From: Dehalococcoidia bacterium
Lineage (GTDB): Bacteria; Chloroflexota; Dehalococcoidia; Lucifugimonadales; CAYTFF01
Reading direction: 5' to 3'
NCBI GenBank assembly: GCA_965249025.1
Contig: OZ252215.1
Coordinates: 306,850-370,849, forward strand
Length of the DNA stretch: 64,000 nucleotides
Made by a program: the position numbers and the translations under genes. This document shows, piece by piece, positions 20,342-29,989 of this stretch; within the stretch, counting starts at the first letter, position 1; each line of letters begins with the position of its first letter. The notes beneath the pieces were generated by a model. The model saw only the letters and a list, made by a program, of their open reading frames with translations, had not been told where the DNA came from and made no database searches.

Positions 20342-21343
20342 CTAGTGGCCTATCCACATGACCTCGGCGCCGGTGGCGACGTTAGCTAGCTTGACCACTC
20401 TCATCGCAAACCCTGCCACGGGAGCAAACAGCTCCTCGACGGTGTTGCCGAAGACATCGACGATCTCGGCCAACTTCTGCCCCTTCTCCAGCTCCTGGCC
20501 CAGCTTGATCAGCACTCGTACTCCACCACCCCGATTGGCGTGTACAATGGTGATGTTTTCGAAGGCACGTTGGCTCTCGGGATGCGGCTCCGGCTCGCCG
20601 GGCAGGGCTCCCAGGGATTGCAGTGAACGGCGCACCCCTGCCACTCCTAGAGGGACGACCTCATGCTTTATGCGGCGTGACTCGCCCATCTCCGCCATGA
20701 CGATGGGCTTGTGGGCGGCGTCCGCGTGCATGGCAATGCTGCGTCCCAGGTCGCTGGTGCCAAAGGGGACGCTGCGGGACTTGTAGTAGACGAAGGGCAC
20801 GCCGAAGATGTGGGCAATGCGCTTTCTGGCCTCCAGGGTGCCGTTGTTGTCGTCGGAGGGGATGACGTAGGTGAAGGGCACGATGTCGCAGCCGTCCAGG
20901 GCGGCATGGAGATCCAGGGTGAAGTCGGCCTGGAGCACGAACTCGTTTAGCAGTATGTAGGCAATGCGCTCCGACAGCAGGCCGCCTGCGGAGCCGGGAA
21001 AGACGCGGTTCACGTCTATAAGCCAGCGCTCTTCCAGCAGGTAGCCACGAGCGCGGGTGAGATAGGACGGCACGTTGGCCACCGGGACGATAACCAGGGA
21101 GCCGGTGACGTCTTCAGGTTTGATTGCCCTGATAGTCTGCCTGACTATCTCGATGCCCGTTGTCTCGTCGCCGTGCATCCCGCCCTGGATGTAGACGGTG
21201 GGGCCGTCTTTGCGTCCGGTGATGGTGCAGACGGGTTGGAGGATGGGAGACCCGTCTGCGAACTCACCGATGGGTATGCGCTGGAAGCTCTTTTCACCTG
21301 GGTTTCGGACCGCTCCCAGGAAGGGGCCTTTCTGCTGCGTCAC
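20342..21343 (-). CDS. Succinylglutamate desuccinylase/aspartoacylase (AstE/AspA, DoeB-like) deacylase
   Basis: GGMHGDE, DVNRVFPG, LDLH, C-terminal barrel-sandwich hybrid. Confidence 0.9.
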   Translation of the reverse strand: MTQQKGPFLGAVRNPGEKSFQRIPIGEFADGSPILQPVCTITGRKDGPTVYIQGGMHGDETTGIEIVRQTIRAIKPEDVTGSLVIVPVANVPSYLTRARGYLLEERWLIDVNRVFPGSAGGLLSERIAYILLNEFVLQADFTLDLHAALDGCDIVPFTYVIPSDDNNGTLEARKRIAHIFGVPFVYYKSRSVPFGTSDLGRSIAMHADAAHKPIVMAEMGESRRIKHEVVPLGVAGVRRSLQSLGALPGEPEPHPESQRAFENITIVHANRGGGVRVLIKLGQELEKGQKLAEIVDVFGNTVEELFAPVAGFAMRVVKLANVATGAEVMWIGH

Positions 21344-21507
21344 GACTGGTGCCCTCCTTTGTTTTTTGCATGCGTACGGCTGTGATTGTAGCGGTGGGGG
21401 TGGAGGGCGTCAACGACGTGGAGATGGGTTGTTTAAATCCAGAGGAAGTTTGTGTTCTCTGCTGATAGACAGTAATGAGAATGTGGCTGCCTCAGCGCGG
21501 ATATCTG

Positions 21508-21865
21508 CGACCTCACGCCTGAAGGCAGGGGGCATTGATGCGTTGCGCTGATGATATCGAGTGTTTATGTATGTCATTCCGAGGAGTGAAACGACGAGGA
21601 ATCTTTCGGTACGAGAGATTCGTTCGCCCCGATGGCATAGGGGCTCAGAATAGCACAAGAGTGCAAGGAGGCGTGTGGCCGTGCTTCGACCCCGACAAGC
21701 CGAGGGCAGGCAAGCTCAGCACGAGCGATTATGATATGACTGAGAGGGTGAGTCGATAGATTCCTCACTGAATTCGGAATGACATTGGAGCGGGTATGGG
21801 TGTATGTGCGACCCTATGCTTCAGCAGGGGACATTGATGCCTCGTCCTTTTAGGCGAGGGCGAGG
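21508..21865. repeat. REP-like mosaic incl. IS200/IS605-like mini-element
   Basis: GTCATTCCGAG..GAATCT; ~100-bp unit ACAAGAGTGCAAGGAGGCGTGTGGCC..GGTGAGTCGA repeated at ~24898; two-hairpin element 21809-21865. Confidence 0.8.
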
Positions 21866-21965
21866 TTGCCACGACGAGAGAGGTGTGCTAGTCTGCGGCC
21901 ATCTCATTAAGCCTTAATCAGGCGATAGAAAGCTTAAGTCCGTTTAGCAGCAGAAAGGAGGCATT

Positions 21966-22970
21966 ATGCCATCACGAACCGAATGGACCGCCGTAAAGAT
22001 GAAGCTGATAAAGGGTGCCACCAGCGCAGAAACGGTCAAGGTGGACGACCCTTCCGGCAAAGAGGGCCGCGAATGGTGGCAGGTGGACCTGGTGAACCCT
22101 CTGGACAGCAACCTGATGTTCGTTGTCGGCATTGCACAGCACCGCTCCAAGAAGGTCTTCGACACCATCTTCAAGTGGCATCAGACGGCCTTGATACTGG
22201 AGGGCGAGATGGTGGTGCAGGACAGGGATACGATGAAGGTGTACCGCGCTCGCGAGGGAGATGTCTTTTACTGGGCGCCGGGGCTGAAGGTGAGGATGGG
22301 CGGCGAGTTTCGAGCATACTTTGTGCGCTCGCCGGCGACTCAGCGGTGGCTCAAGACGCCGGACGGCAAGAAGAAACGTCTGAACCTCTTTGACATAGAG
22401 GGGGAGATAAGCTATCCAGGCTCGCCTCCGGAGGAGATACGACAGGACTTGCTAGAGGAAGGAAGGAAGAAGGCCCCGTACCCTGAGCCTGGGCCTCTGA
22501 TAAAGTTCGTTAGGGGGGCGCTGAAGGCCGAGACCATCGAGGTGGCCGACAAGACTCAGATGCCGATGGACCGCTGGCGTCAGGTCGACCTGGTTCAGGC
22601 TAGAGATAGCGACATAATGATGATTGTGGGCATCGCCGAGCATCCAATGAATACTATGAATGAGCACATCGGGCACTTCTACTATCATCAGGCGGCCCTG
22701 ATAATCGAGGGCGAGATGGTGACCTATGATATGAACACTGGCGGGGTCTACCGGGCACAAGTAGGAGACCTCTTTTACTGGGGGCCTGGCCATAGGCTTA
22801 GGATTGGGAACCAGTTCAAGGCCTTCTTTGTGAAGATTCCCATTCCTTTTAGATGGGTCAACACCAACAAGGGCAAGGTGGTCCTGGACATGATGGAACT
22901 GGAGAACGAGACTCGCTATCCAGCCTCACTCCCTGACGAGACCCCGTCCAGCCTAATCGAACATGCGTGA
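21966..22970 (+). CDS. Tandem-duplicated cupin-like (bicupin) protein of unknown function
   Basis: AAAGGAGG RBS; two aligned halves W.QVDLV..HQ.ALI.EGEMV..VYRA..GD.FYW.PG..YP.S.P.E. Confidence 0.8.
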   Translation: MPSRTEWTAVKMKLIKGATSAETVKVDDPSGKEGREWWQVDLVNPLDSNLMFVVGIAQHRSKKVFDTIFKWHQTALILEGEMVVQDRDTMKVYRAREGDVFYWAPGLKVRMGGEFRAYFVRSPATQRWLKTPDGKKKRLNLFDIEGEISYPGSPPEEIRQDLLEEGRKKAPYPEPGPLIKFVRGALKAETIEVADKTQMPMDRWRQVDLVQARDSDIMMIVGIAEHPMNTMNEHIGHFYYHQAALIIEGEMVTYDMNTGGVYRAQVGDLFYWGPGHRLRIGNQFKAFFVKIPIPFRWVNTNKGKVVLDMMELENETRYPASLPDETPSSLIEHA

Positions 22971-23009
22971 GTTGAGTGCTTGGTGGGCTTCTGGCGAAAT
23001 GGCGCTACG

Positions 23010-23444
23010 ACAGATTCCCCCCCAGATGTTTCGTCGGCGGAGGGTATGTTTTGGGCGTACGGGTTCAACCGACTCCTCCTTCGGCGGACAAAGTCCTCAG
23101 CATGACAACCCAAGAAGTATTTTCTGAGGAATGCCAATTGTGAGATGAGGTGTTTTACTAGCGCAGATGAAGGATGATCTCCGAAGAGAAGCCAATTAGA
23201 TAGGCTAACCTTGGTTCACCCCCATCTTAATCTTCCCCCATCGATGCGGGAAGAAGTGATTTTCGGGGCAGTGACAATTAAGCGGGCGTTGTTGTTCACG
23301 ACCCCACGCTGAAGCATCGGGCGTAGATGCCTCGTCCTTTAGGGCGAGGCCGGGTACTTATGCTGTCATTCCGACTCCGTCGGAGAGGAATCTTTCGTAG
23401 CGAGAGATTCGTTCGCCCCGATGCAATTGAGGCTCAGAATGACA
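23010..23444. repeat. REP-like mosaic incl. IS200/IS605-like mini-element (23295-23360)
   Basis: Unit GTCGGCGGAGGG..AACCGACTCCTCCTTCGG..AGTCCTCAGCATGACAACCC shared with 56221-56320; TGTCATTCCGA..CTCAGAATGACA. Confidence 0.8.
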
Positions 23445-23492
23445 GTTGGCGCATGCCGCTTTGAACAGTATCTAAGAGGAGCGGTATAAGAG

Positions 23493-24503
23493 ATGAAATT
23501 CGGTGTGCACCTTCCCAACTCGGGGCCACTGGCGTCGCCTGAGGCCATCGTTACGATGGCGACGGAGGCGGAGCGTCTGGGCTATGACGCCGTACTGCCC
23601 CACGATCACGCGGTCTGGGGACACTCGGACCGCTATCACCATTACGCAGGCTCCAAGGAGCTAACCGACGCCAGGGGAGGGCCTGTGGACTTCTACGAGG
23701 CCTTCACCACCATGAGCTACGTGGCCGCCGTGACGAGGCGCGTCCGGCTGATACCAGGCGCCCTGTGCCTTGGCTGGCGTCCCGTCGGCCTGGTGGCTCG
23801 GGAGGCGCTGACCCTACACCGGCTTTCGAGAGGGCGCTTCGTTCTCTGCGTGTGCGTCGGAGACTCTCGGAGGGACTACGACGCCACCAGGATGTCCTGG
23901 GATGAACGGGGCAAGACTATGGTGGAACACCTAAAGGCTCTACGGCTCATCATAGACTCCCAAGGCCCCATCTCTTTTGGGGGAAGGTACGTCAAGTTCC
24001 AAGGCGAGGAGTGGCTGCCTAGGCCAAGCGGGCTGAAGCTATGGTACGCCGGGGTCAGTGATGTCGCTATCAGGCGGGCGGCCCGCTACTGCAACGGCTG
24101 GATGGGGGAGGATCCCCACATCTTTCGTGAGAAGATACCGATTATTCGACAGGAGGCGGAGCGGGTAGGGCGCGGCAACGTGGACTTCGAGTTCACTGCG
24201 CTAGAGCCGTCCTGCATCGCGGAAACCGATGAGGAGGCGGAGGAGATCAGCCGCGCTACCCTGGAGGTTCACACGAAAGGCCAGTGGCTGGACTACATGT
24301 ATCCCGCCACTATGGGAGTAAAGCCGAGGAAGAATCTGCTGGTGGGCTCTCCCAAGACGGTACTAGCTGGGGCCAAGGAGTACGCAGATGCGGGCGTCGA
24401 CCTGCTGAACCTGCACTTCATAGGGCACTCTCTTGATTCTCTGTTGGAGCAGATGGAGGTCTTTGCGAGGGAGGTGATGCCGCACTTTTTGCCCTCATCC
24501 TAA
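23493..24503 (+). CDS. LLM class (F420-dependent) oxidoreductase
   Basis: MKFGVHLPNSGP, LPHDH, SRGRF, YCNGW. Confidence 0.9.
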   Translation: MKFGVHLPNSGPLASPEAIVTMATEAERLGYDAVLPHDHAVWGHSDRYHHYAGSKELTDARGGPVDFYEAFTTMSYVAAVTRRVRLIPGALCLGWRPVGLVAREALTLHRLSRGRFVLCVCVGDSRRDYDATRMSWDERGKTMVEHLKALRLIIDSQGPISFGGRYVKFQGEEWLPRPSGLKLWYAGVSDVAIRRAARYCNGWMGEDPHIFREKIPIIRQEAERVGRGNVDFEFTALEPSCIAETDEEAEEISRATLEVHTKGQWLDYMYPATMGVKPRKNLLVGSPKTVLAGAKEYADAGVDLLNLHFIGHSLDSLLEQMEVFAREVMPHFLPSS

Positions 24504-24559
24504 CTCTCTCCCGCAGAGCTGGCGAGGGGGCTAAAGCCGTATGTGGAATGAGGAGGGTT

Positions 24560-24998
24560 GCCGAGGGTTCTTCGCTTCGCTCAGAGCTTGTGAGTTTTTC
24601 ACGAATGGGCACCTCTGACACCCTCATGTTGTATCTGGCTGGCGGCCTAAACAGGTCCCCAAAGCCAATTTCTTCACAAGCTCTCAGAACAACAGGATAT
24701 GAAGTGGGTTCAGCACCACACTTTGAAAAGTGTGGCATGTGGGACGACAGATTCCTCGTCGTCCCGACGGATCGGGACTTCTCGGAATGACAGTGGGGCG
24801 GGCCCTGGATTCACGACCCCATGCTTAAGCATGGGGCATCGATGCCTCGTCCTTTAGGGCGATCGAGTACTTACGTGTCTTACTCCAAGCGAGCGACACA
24901 AGAGTGCAAGGAGGCGTGTGGCCATGCTTCGACAAGCTCAGCACGAGCGGTTGTGATATGAGTGAGGGGGTGAGTCGAAAGATTTCTCGGAATGACAG
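24560..24998. repeat. REP-like mosaic incl. IS200/IS605-like mini-element (24810-24873)
   Basis: AGATTCCTCGTCGTCCCGA..TCGGGACTTCTCGGAATGACA; unit shared with 21656-21760. Confidence 0.8.
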
Positions 24999-25312
24999 TA
25001 TAGAGGGCTTAGGTGGTTAGTTGACCAGGTAGAGGGTGGGATAGCCTAGCGATGGCTCTTATTAACCGGGTGTCCTTGTAACTATTTCCAAGCGCCCGCC
25101 TAAGCGTTCCATATGAAAACACTCGATTCTTCTTGGCCCTCAAATTGTGGGAATCCTTTACTTGAAATGCTGTGCTTTCTCATGTTTGCGTATAGGCTAT
25201 ACTACGTAGTGTCGTTTTATCCTGAGGGTAAGGATATTAGGTCAAAGGGCGCTTAGAAAGTCACATCGAGCTATCAAAAAGGGATTGGTTGAGCATGCAA
25301 AGAGCAGACAAG

Positions 25313-26299
25313 ATGAAGTTTGGATTGGGTATTCCCACCGCCTCTGAGGGATATTACTTCACCTCGCCCTTTGCAGACCATGAACAGATTAGCAGACTTT
25401 TCAAGGTAGCCGAGGGTTTGGGCTACGACTCAGCCTGGGTCAACGAGCGGTTCAACATGCCTCAGGACATTCTTGAGGACAGGAGCAAGCAGCCTAACTT
25501 CTATGAGGTCATCTCCTCCCTTTCATATACGGCGGCGATTACCAAGCGCATTCGCCTAGCTACAGGAGTCCTTCAGCCCAGCCTGCGAGACCCCATTTTG
25601 CTCGCCAATCAGATGGCGACTCTGGACGCCTTCAGCAAGGGAAGGGCTATTCTTGGAGTCGGTGTGGGGGCCAACAAGCAGGAGTTCGTTGCTATGAAAC
25701 CGCGGAATGCCAAAGCACACAGGGGTGATATGCTGGACGAGTTTTTGGTGGCCTTAACTCTTCTTCTGTCTCAGGACAACGTTACCCACAAAGGGAGCTA
25801 CTACGAGTTCCATAACGTAACCATCGCCCTCAAACCAATCCAGAGGCCCCTTCCAATATACATAGCTGGTAGGAGCCCCGACACCTTACGTCGGATGGCC
25901 CACTGGTGCGCTGGATGGCTAATGCCTATCTCCAGCTCTCCTGGGGACGTACGCCAGAGAAGAGAGGAGCTTCTGCCGCTTTTGGAAAAAGAAGGTCGGT
26001 CTATATCCGAGTTGGACCTGGCTGCTGTGACTATCTTGAGCCTTGATAAGGACAGAGAGAAGGCGGTGAGGCGTTTCCGCAATAGTCGCTTGACTGAGTT
26101 CATGGGCTCGCGCACTATCGAAGAGTTTACCCAAATTGCTCCTATAGGAACGCCCCAGGAGGCTATCGAAAGGATAGTCGGGCTTAAAGAGGCCGGGGCG
26201 ACGACCTGCATCGTCTCCAAGTCCCCTGTTGACGACTTCGAAGAGCTGGTGGAGCAGTTTCAGATGTTCGCGGAAGAGGTGATGCCCTTCGTGGGGTGA
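25313..26299 (+). CDS. LLM class flavin/F420-dependent oxidoreductase
   Basis: MKFGLGIPT, IRLATGV..RDPILLANQMATLD; start could be 25289/25295. Confidence 0.9.
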   Translation: MKFGLGIPTASEGYYFTSPFADHEQISRLFKVAEGLGYDSAWVNERFNMPQDILEDRSKQPNFYEVISSLSYTAAITKRIRLATGVLQPSLRDPILLANQMATLDAFSKGRAILGVGVGANKQEFVAMKPRNAKAHRGDMLDEFLVALTLLLSQDNVTHKGSYYEFHNVTIALKPIQRPLPIYIAGRSPDTLRRMAHWCAGWLMPISSSPGDVRQRREELLPLLEKEGRSISELDLAAVTILSLDKDREKAVRRFRNSRLTEFMGSRTIEEFTQIAPIGTPQEAIERIVGLKEAGATTCIVSKSPVDDFEELVEQFQMFAEEVMPFVG

Positions 26300-26329
26300 G
26301 GTTCTTCTGCCTAAAACCTTGCCGTTAGC

Positions 26330-26493
26330 TACTTTGCACAAAAAGTCTTATTTTCGCCAGTTCTTAGGAACAACAGACCTCGATTATCCCACCCTCTCCA
26401 CCCTCGGTTCGTATCTGGGGGCACCCCCAGACCCCCGGATGGAAACCCAGGTTTCCGTCGCCTTCCTGAGATTTTGCTTTTTTGTGCAACGCC
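26330..26493. mobile_element. MITE with CTTTGCAC terminal inverted repeats and 9-bp target duplication
   Basis: TACTTTGCACAAAAAG..CTTTTTTGTGCAACGCC flanked by GCCGTTAGC/ACCGTTAGC; near-identical to 55121-55284. Confidence 0.85.
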
Positions 26494-26687
26494 ACCGTTA
26501 GCTAACTAACCCTGTATGCGGGGGTTCCTTAGTAGTTCCTTTTCCCGATGTATCAGGACTTCCCATTCGCCCACTCCTTCGCTGAGCTCAAGGACAGGCT
26601 CCCGTAAAGGCGCTTTGCTTCTACGGGGTTTACGCTGTTCAGCTGTGACAAAACTTGCACATTGGGTTAACTACGAAGGTGTCTCTA

Positions 26688-27467
26688 TCACTGCAAGCTT
26701 CTTGTCGTAAACCACCGTATGTATATATCCCACATCTCCGGGCCGTAGTAAACGATGGCCATCGTGCCGACGGCGAGGAACGGACCAAAGGGCATAGCGT
26801 CTTTTCGTCCCCGAATGCGAAGGGCGATTAACAAGATTGCCAGCAGCCCGCCGAAGACTACGGCCACTTGCAGTGCTATCAAGATCAGAGGAAAGCCCGT
26901 GACCAGCCCAATGAGCGCGGCCAGTTTGACGTCCCCTTCCCCCATTCCTCCTCCGGAGTAGAAGATGTGAGAGGCCGCCCATATGATGAACAGCGCCCCG
27001 AACCCAATGGCTCCTCCCGCTAATGTGCGCCACAAGCCCAAGTCGGGCCAGAAGAAGAAGGAAAAGACCATCGCCAGAGGCAGTGCGGGGTAGATTATCT
27101 TATTGAGCAGCAGCCCGTGCTCCAGGTCAATCACGGCCAGCACCAGGAATATGCCCGTGTATATGGTTGCGATAGCTAGCTGAAGGCTGGGGCCGTAGTG
27201 CCACCATAGAAATGCGAAGAGCAACCCAGTGGTAAGCTCTACGAAAAACACCCTTAATGGAACGGTGGAGCCGCAGGTACGGCATCGGCCTCTCAGGGCG
27301 AGATAGCTTATTAGAGGAACGTTTTCCCACCAGGCCAGGGGTCTCTTGCAGCTATCGCAGTGGGAGGCTGGGAAGACAAGGATCTCGTCTTTAGGGAGGC
27401 GGTCTATCGCTACGTTCAGGAAACTGCCAACGGCCAGACCCAGAAGCGTGTATATGAATATAGCCAA
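26688..27467 (-). CDS. pilD: Prepilin peptidase (A24)
   Basis: GSFLNV, SHCDSC, GRCRTC, IDLE, GMGEGDVKL, MPFGPFL. Confidence 0.93.
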   Translation of the reverse strand: MAIFIYTLLGLAVGSFLNVAIDRLPKDEILVFPASHCDSCKRPLAWWENVPLISYLALRGRCRTCGSTVPLRVFFVELTTGLLFAFLWWHYGPSLQLAIATIYTGIFLVLAVIDLEHGLLLNKIIYPALPLAMVFSFFFWPDLGLWRTLAGGAIGFGALFIIWAASHIFYSGGGMGEGDVKLAALIGLVTGFPLILIALQVAVVFGGLLAILLIALRIRGRKDAMPFGPFLAVGTMAIVYYGPEMWDIYIRWFTTRSLQ

Positions 27468-27714
27468 GTTTTTTCACCAATGAAGCGGGGCTTTTGTCTA
27501 TACGCCCCTTTGATAACGTCCTTCTGCTGGGGGCGGACTCTGCAACTCTACATTGCATTGCATTGGAGTTTACCCGTTCATGATGAGCGTACCTGACTCC
27601 GATTTTCTGGGACTGATCATATGACTGGGGGAGAACCACTACCGCTCGCTTCCTCAAGCAAGGCTAGGTCGAGCGTAGTGGGGCTCTGGTACCGCACCGA
27701 TGTATATTGAGGGC

Positions 27715-28809
27715 CTAGAACTCGATGATACCTCGCCCGTCCTCTCCTTTTTCTAGGTCGTCGAAGGCCTCATTGATCTGGTCTAGCTTATAGTGCCTTT
27801 GGATAAGACTCTCGATATCCAGTTTCCCTTGCTGGTACATCTCTACCAGCTTGGGCATGTCCTGTCTCGGTCTTACGGAGCCGTAGTAGCTACCCATCAG
27901 CACCTTTTCGTTCCGGGTCAGAGCTTGAGGGTCTATGGAGGCCCTGTCCCATTTGGGGGCGAGGCCTACAACAACTATCGTCCCAGATTTTCGAGTCATG
28001 TTAAAGGCGTTTTCTACCGTCTCAGCCGAGCCAAAGGCCTCTATGGCGTAGTCTACGCCGAGGCCGCCTGTTATTTCCATCACCTTCTCTACCACGTTCT
28101 CGGACTTTGCGTTCACGATGTGGGTAGCGCCGAACTTGTAGGCGAATTCCAGCTTATGGTCCTGTATATCTACGGCTATGATTTTCGAAGCGTTGGCTAA
28201 TCTAGCCCCTTGAACGGCGTTCAGGCCAACGCCGCCGCAGCCGAGGACAGCTACGGTGCTACCCGGCCTTACCTTGGCCCTGTGGGTGACGGCGCCCACG
28301 CCTGTTGGAACACAGCATCCAATGAGGGCAGCCACGTCTAGGGGTACGCTCTTTGAAATGGGTATGCAACCAGAATCAGGTACTACTGTTTTTTCCGCAA
28401 AGCAGGCAACCTTTCCCATGTGAAGCAGAGGAGTCCCGTCTTTGCTGAATAGCCTGGTAGTGCCGTCGAACATCCTTCCAGGTGTGGCTGCATTGGTATC
28501 GCACAGCTGGGGGTTGCCAGTCTCGCAAGAGTAACAGTGGCCGCAGTTAGGTATAAAGGATAAGATCACATGGTCTCCAGGCTTTACCCAGGTTACGTCC
28601 TCGCCTATCTCTTCCACTATTCCGGATCCCTCATGGCCTAACACGGCTGGCACCGGATGGTTGCTTTCGTCCTTAAGGATATGATAGTCGCTCCGGCATA
28701 CGCCGGCCGCTGCCACCTTCACCAGGACCTCGTGCTTCTTTGGCTCTTCTAACTGAACCTCCTCTACCTTAAAGGGTTGTCCGCGTTCGTACAGGACGGC
28801 TGCCTTCAT
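27715..28809 (-). CDS. Zn-dependent alcohol dehydrogenase (class III-like)
   Basis: GVCRSD, LGHEGSG, CGHCYSC..C, GCGGVG; ATG 28809 after GGAGAG. Confidence 0.92.
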   Translation of the reverse strand: MKAAVLYERGQPFKVEEVQLEEPKKHEVLVKVAAAGVCRSDYHILKDESNHPVPAVLGHEGSGIVEEIGEDVTWVKPGDHVILSFIPNCGHCYSCETGNPQLCDTNAATPGRMFDGTTRLFSKDGTPLLHMGKVACFAEKTVVPDSGCIPISKSVPLDVAALIGCCVPTGVGAVTHRAKVRPGSTVAVLGCGGVGLNAVQGARLANASKIIAVDIQDHKLEFAYKFGATHIVNAKSENVVEKVMEITGGLGVDYAIEAFGSAETVENAFNMTRKSGTIVVVGLAPKWDRASIDPQALTRNEKVLMGSYYGSVRPRQDMPKLVEMYQQGKLDIESLIQRHYKLDQINEAFDDLEKGEDGRGIIEF

Positions 28810-28876
28810 TCTCGCTCTCCTTCTCACCTTCCTTGATTTGAGGAATTGTAAAGGCCCTTCCCTAAGATGCCAACCA

Positions 28877-29131
28877 TTATAGCTTTTCTTTGATCACGGC
28901 CCTTAGCTCTCGTATCCGCTTCAAATCGGGGTGTTTTCCATCTTCCGCTCTGCGGTCAAAGATATTGTCCCCATCTAAAAAGACTTCCAGTCTTCCACCA
29001 TGCGCGGGGGTGATAGTTATTGCTACTTGCTCCTTGAAATCAGCCCAGAACTCCGTTGCCATCCAGGCAGCGAGGGGGAGGAATCCTCAAGGCGCGCAAT
29101 ACCTTATTTCTATGGGAAGCGGCTTTTCCAT
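28877..29131 (-). CDS. Rdx (SelW/SelT-like) family selenoprotein, CAPU motif
   Basis: AAGGAG RBS; MEKPLPIEIRYCAP-TGA(29087-29089)-GFLPLAAW continuing in frame to GGRLEVFLDGDNIFDR..HPDL. Confidence 0.88.
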
Positions 29132-29168
29132 GTTAGGAATCTCCTTGTTTTGAGTGGATAGTGGCAAA

Positions 29169-29197
29169 AACGTAACATCAAACCCGAATGCTGTCAA
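29169..29197 (-). promoter_or_regulatory. Putative sigma70 promoter for Rdx selenoprotein/ADH
   Basis: TTGACA-17nt-TACGTT on minus strand. Confidence 0.5.
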
Positions 29198-29362
29198 TAT
29201 GGGGTGATTCTAGGCAGGCTAAATACCATAGTTACCTTGAAAAAGTGTAATAAAGTCGTATGGCTCAATGAGGACAATATCTGGTAAAATACCTTATCGC
29301 GTTTGTGGGCGAGAGCGTTCTGAGCACTTATCTGTTAGCTGAATGCTGTTACTCTAAAGGAG

Positions 29363-29980
29363 GTGGCTATGCTACCTGAAGTTAGGTTGGTTGAGATCAG
29401 CAGGGAAGACGTGGAGCGGTTGATTAAATGGCTGGAAGACGACGAGGTCTGCTCTATGTGGTTCGGCAGATATACCTACGGAGACCCTGTCCATCTGGGA
29501 TACCATCCCACGGAGATGCTGAACGCATCTCAAGAGGAGTGGGACGAGGTATTTCAAGACCCTAGCAAGAGGATGTTCTCCATATACACTGCCGGAGGGG
29601 AGCACATTGGTGAAGGTAAACTGCTGATAGACGAGACCCTGGGAAACGCCGAGATGCCTGTCTTAATTGGACGTAAGGATCTGTGGCACCAGGGTTACGG
29701 CACTGCTGCCGTCCTGGCTCTCTCAGACTTGGCCTTTAATGTCTATGGCTTGTACCGGGTATGGGTAGATGTGCCTGACTACAATGAGCACGCACTAAAC
29801 ATGTTCAGGAAGTTGGGATTTATTCATGAAGGCACTCTTCGCAAGAGCCACCCTCATGAAGGCAAGCGGTACGATTCCTCTGTCATGGGCATCCTGGCCA
29901 GCGAGTACGCCGAGCGGATTGGGTACCTCAAGAAGAAGCTGCAATCAGAAGAGGAGACCGACAAGGCCCAGGCGGTGTAG
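29363..29980 (+). CDS. GNAT acetyltransferase (RimJ/RimL family)
   Basis: IG..WHQGYGT, YNEHAL..KLGFIHEGTLR. Confidence 0.88.
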   Translation: MAMLPEVRLVEISREDVERLIKWLEDDEVCSMWFGRYTYGDPVHLGYHPTEMLNASQEEWDEVFQDPSKRMFSIYTAGGEHIGEGKLLIDETLGNAEMPVLIGRKDLWHQGYGTAAVLALSDLAFNVYGLYRVWVDVPDYNEHALNMFRKLGFIHEGTLRKSHPHEGKRYDSSVMGILASEYAERIGYLKKKLQSEEETDKAQAV

Positions 29981-29989
29981 CATCGTTGG

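Noticed and set aside
16176-24998. CRISPR array or integron attC array
   Set aside because: Repeats are irregular mosaics without constant repeat/spacer period; no cas or intI; genes lie in both orientations
26319-26501. Short ORFs sharing GTTDLDYPTL/PPDPR peptides (also 41787 and 55139)
   Set aside because: Translations of the MITE copies, not genes
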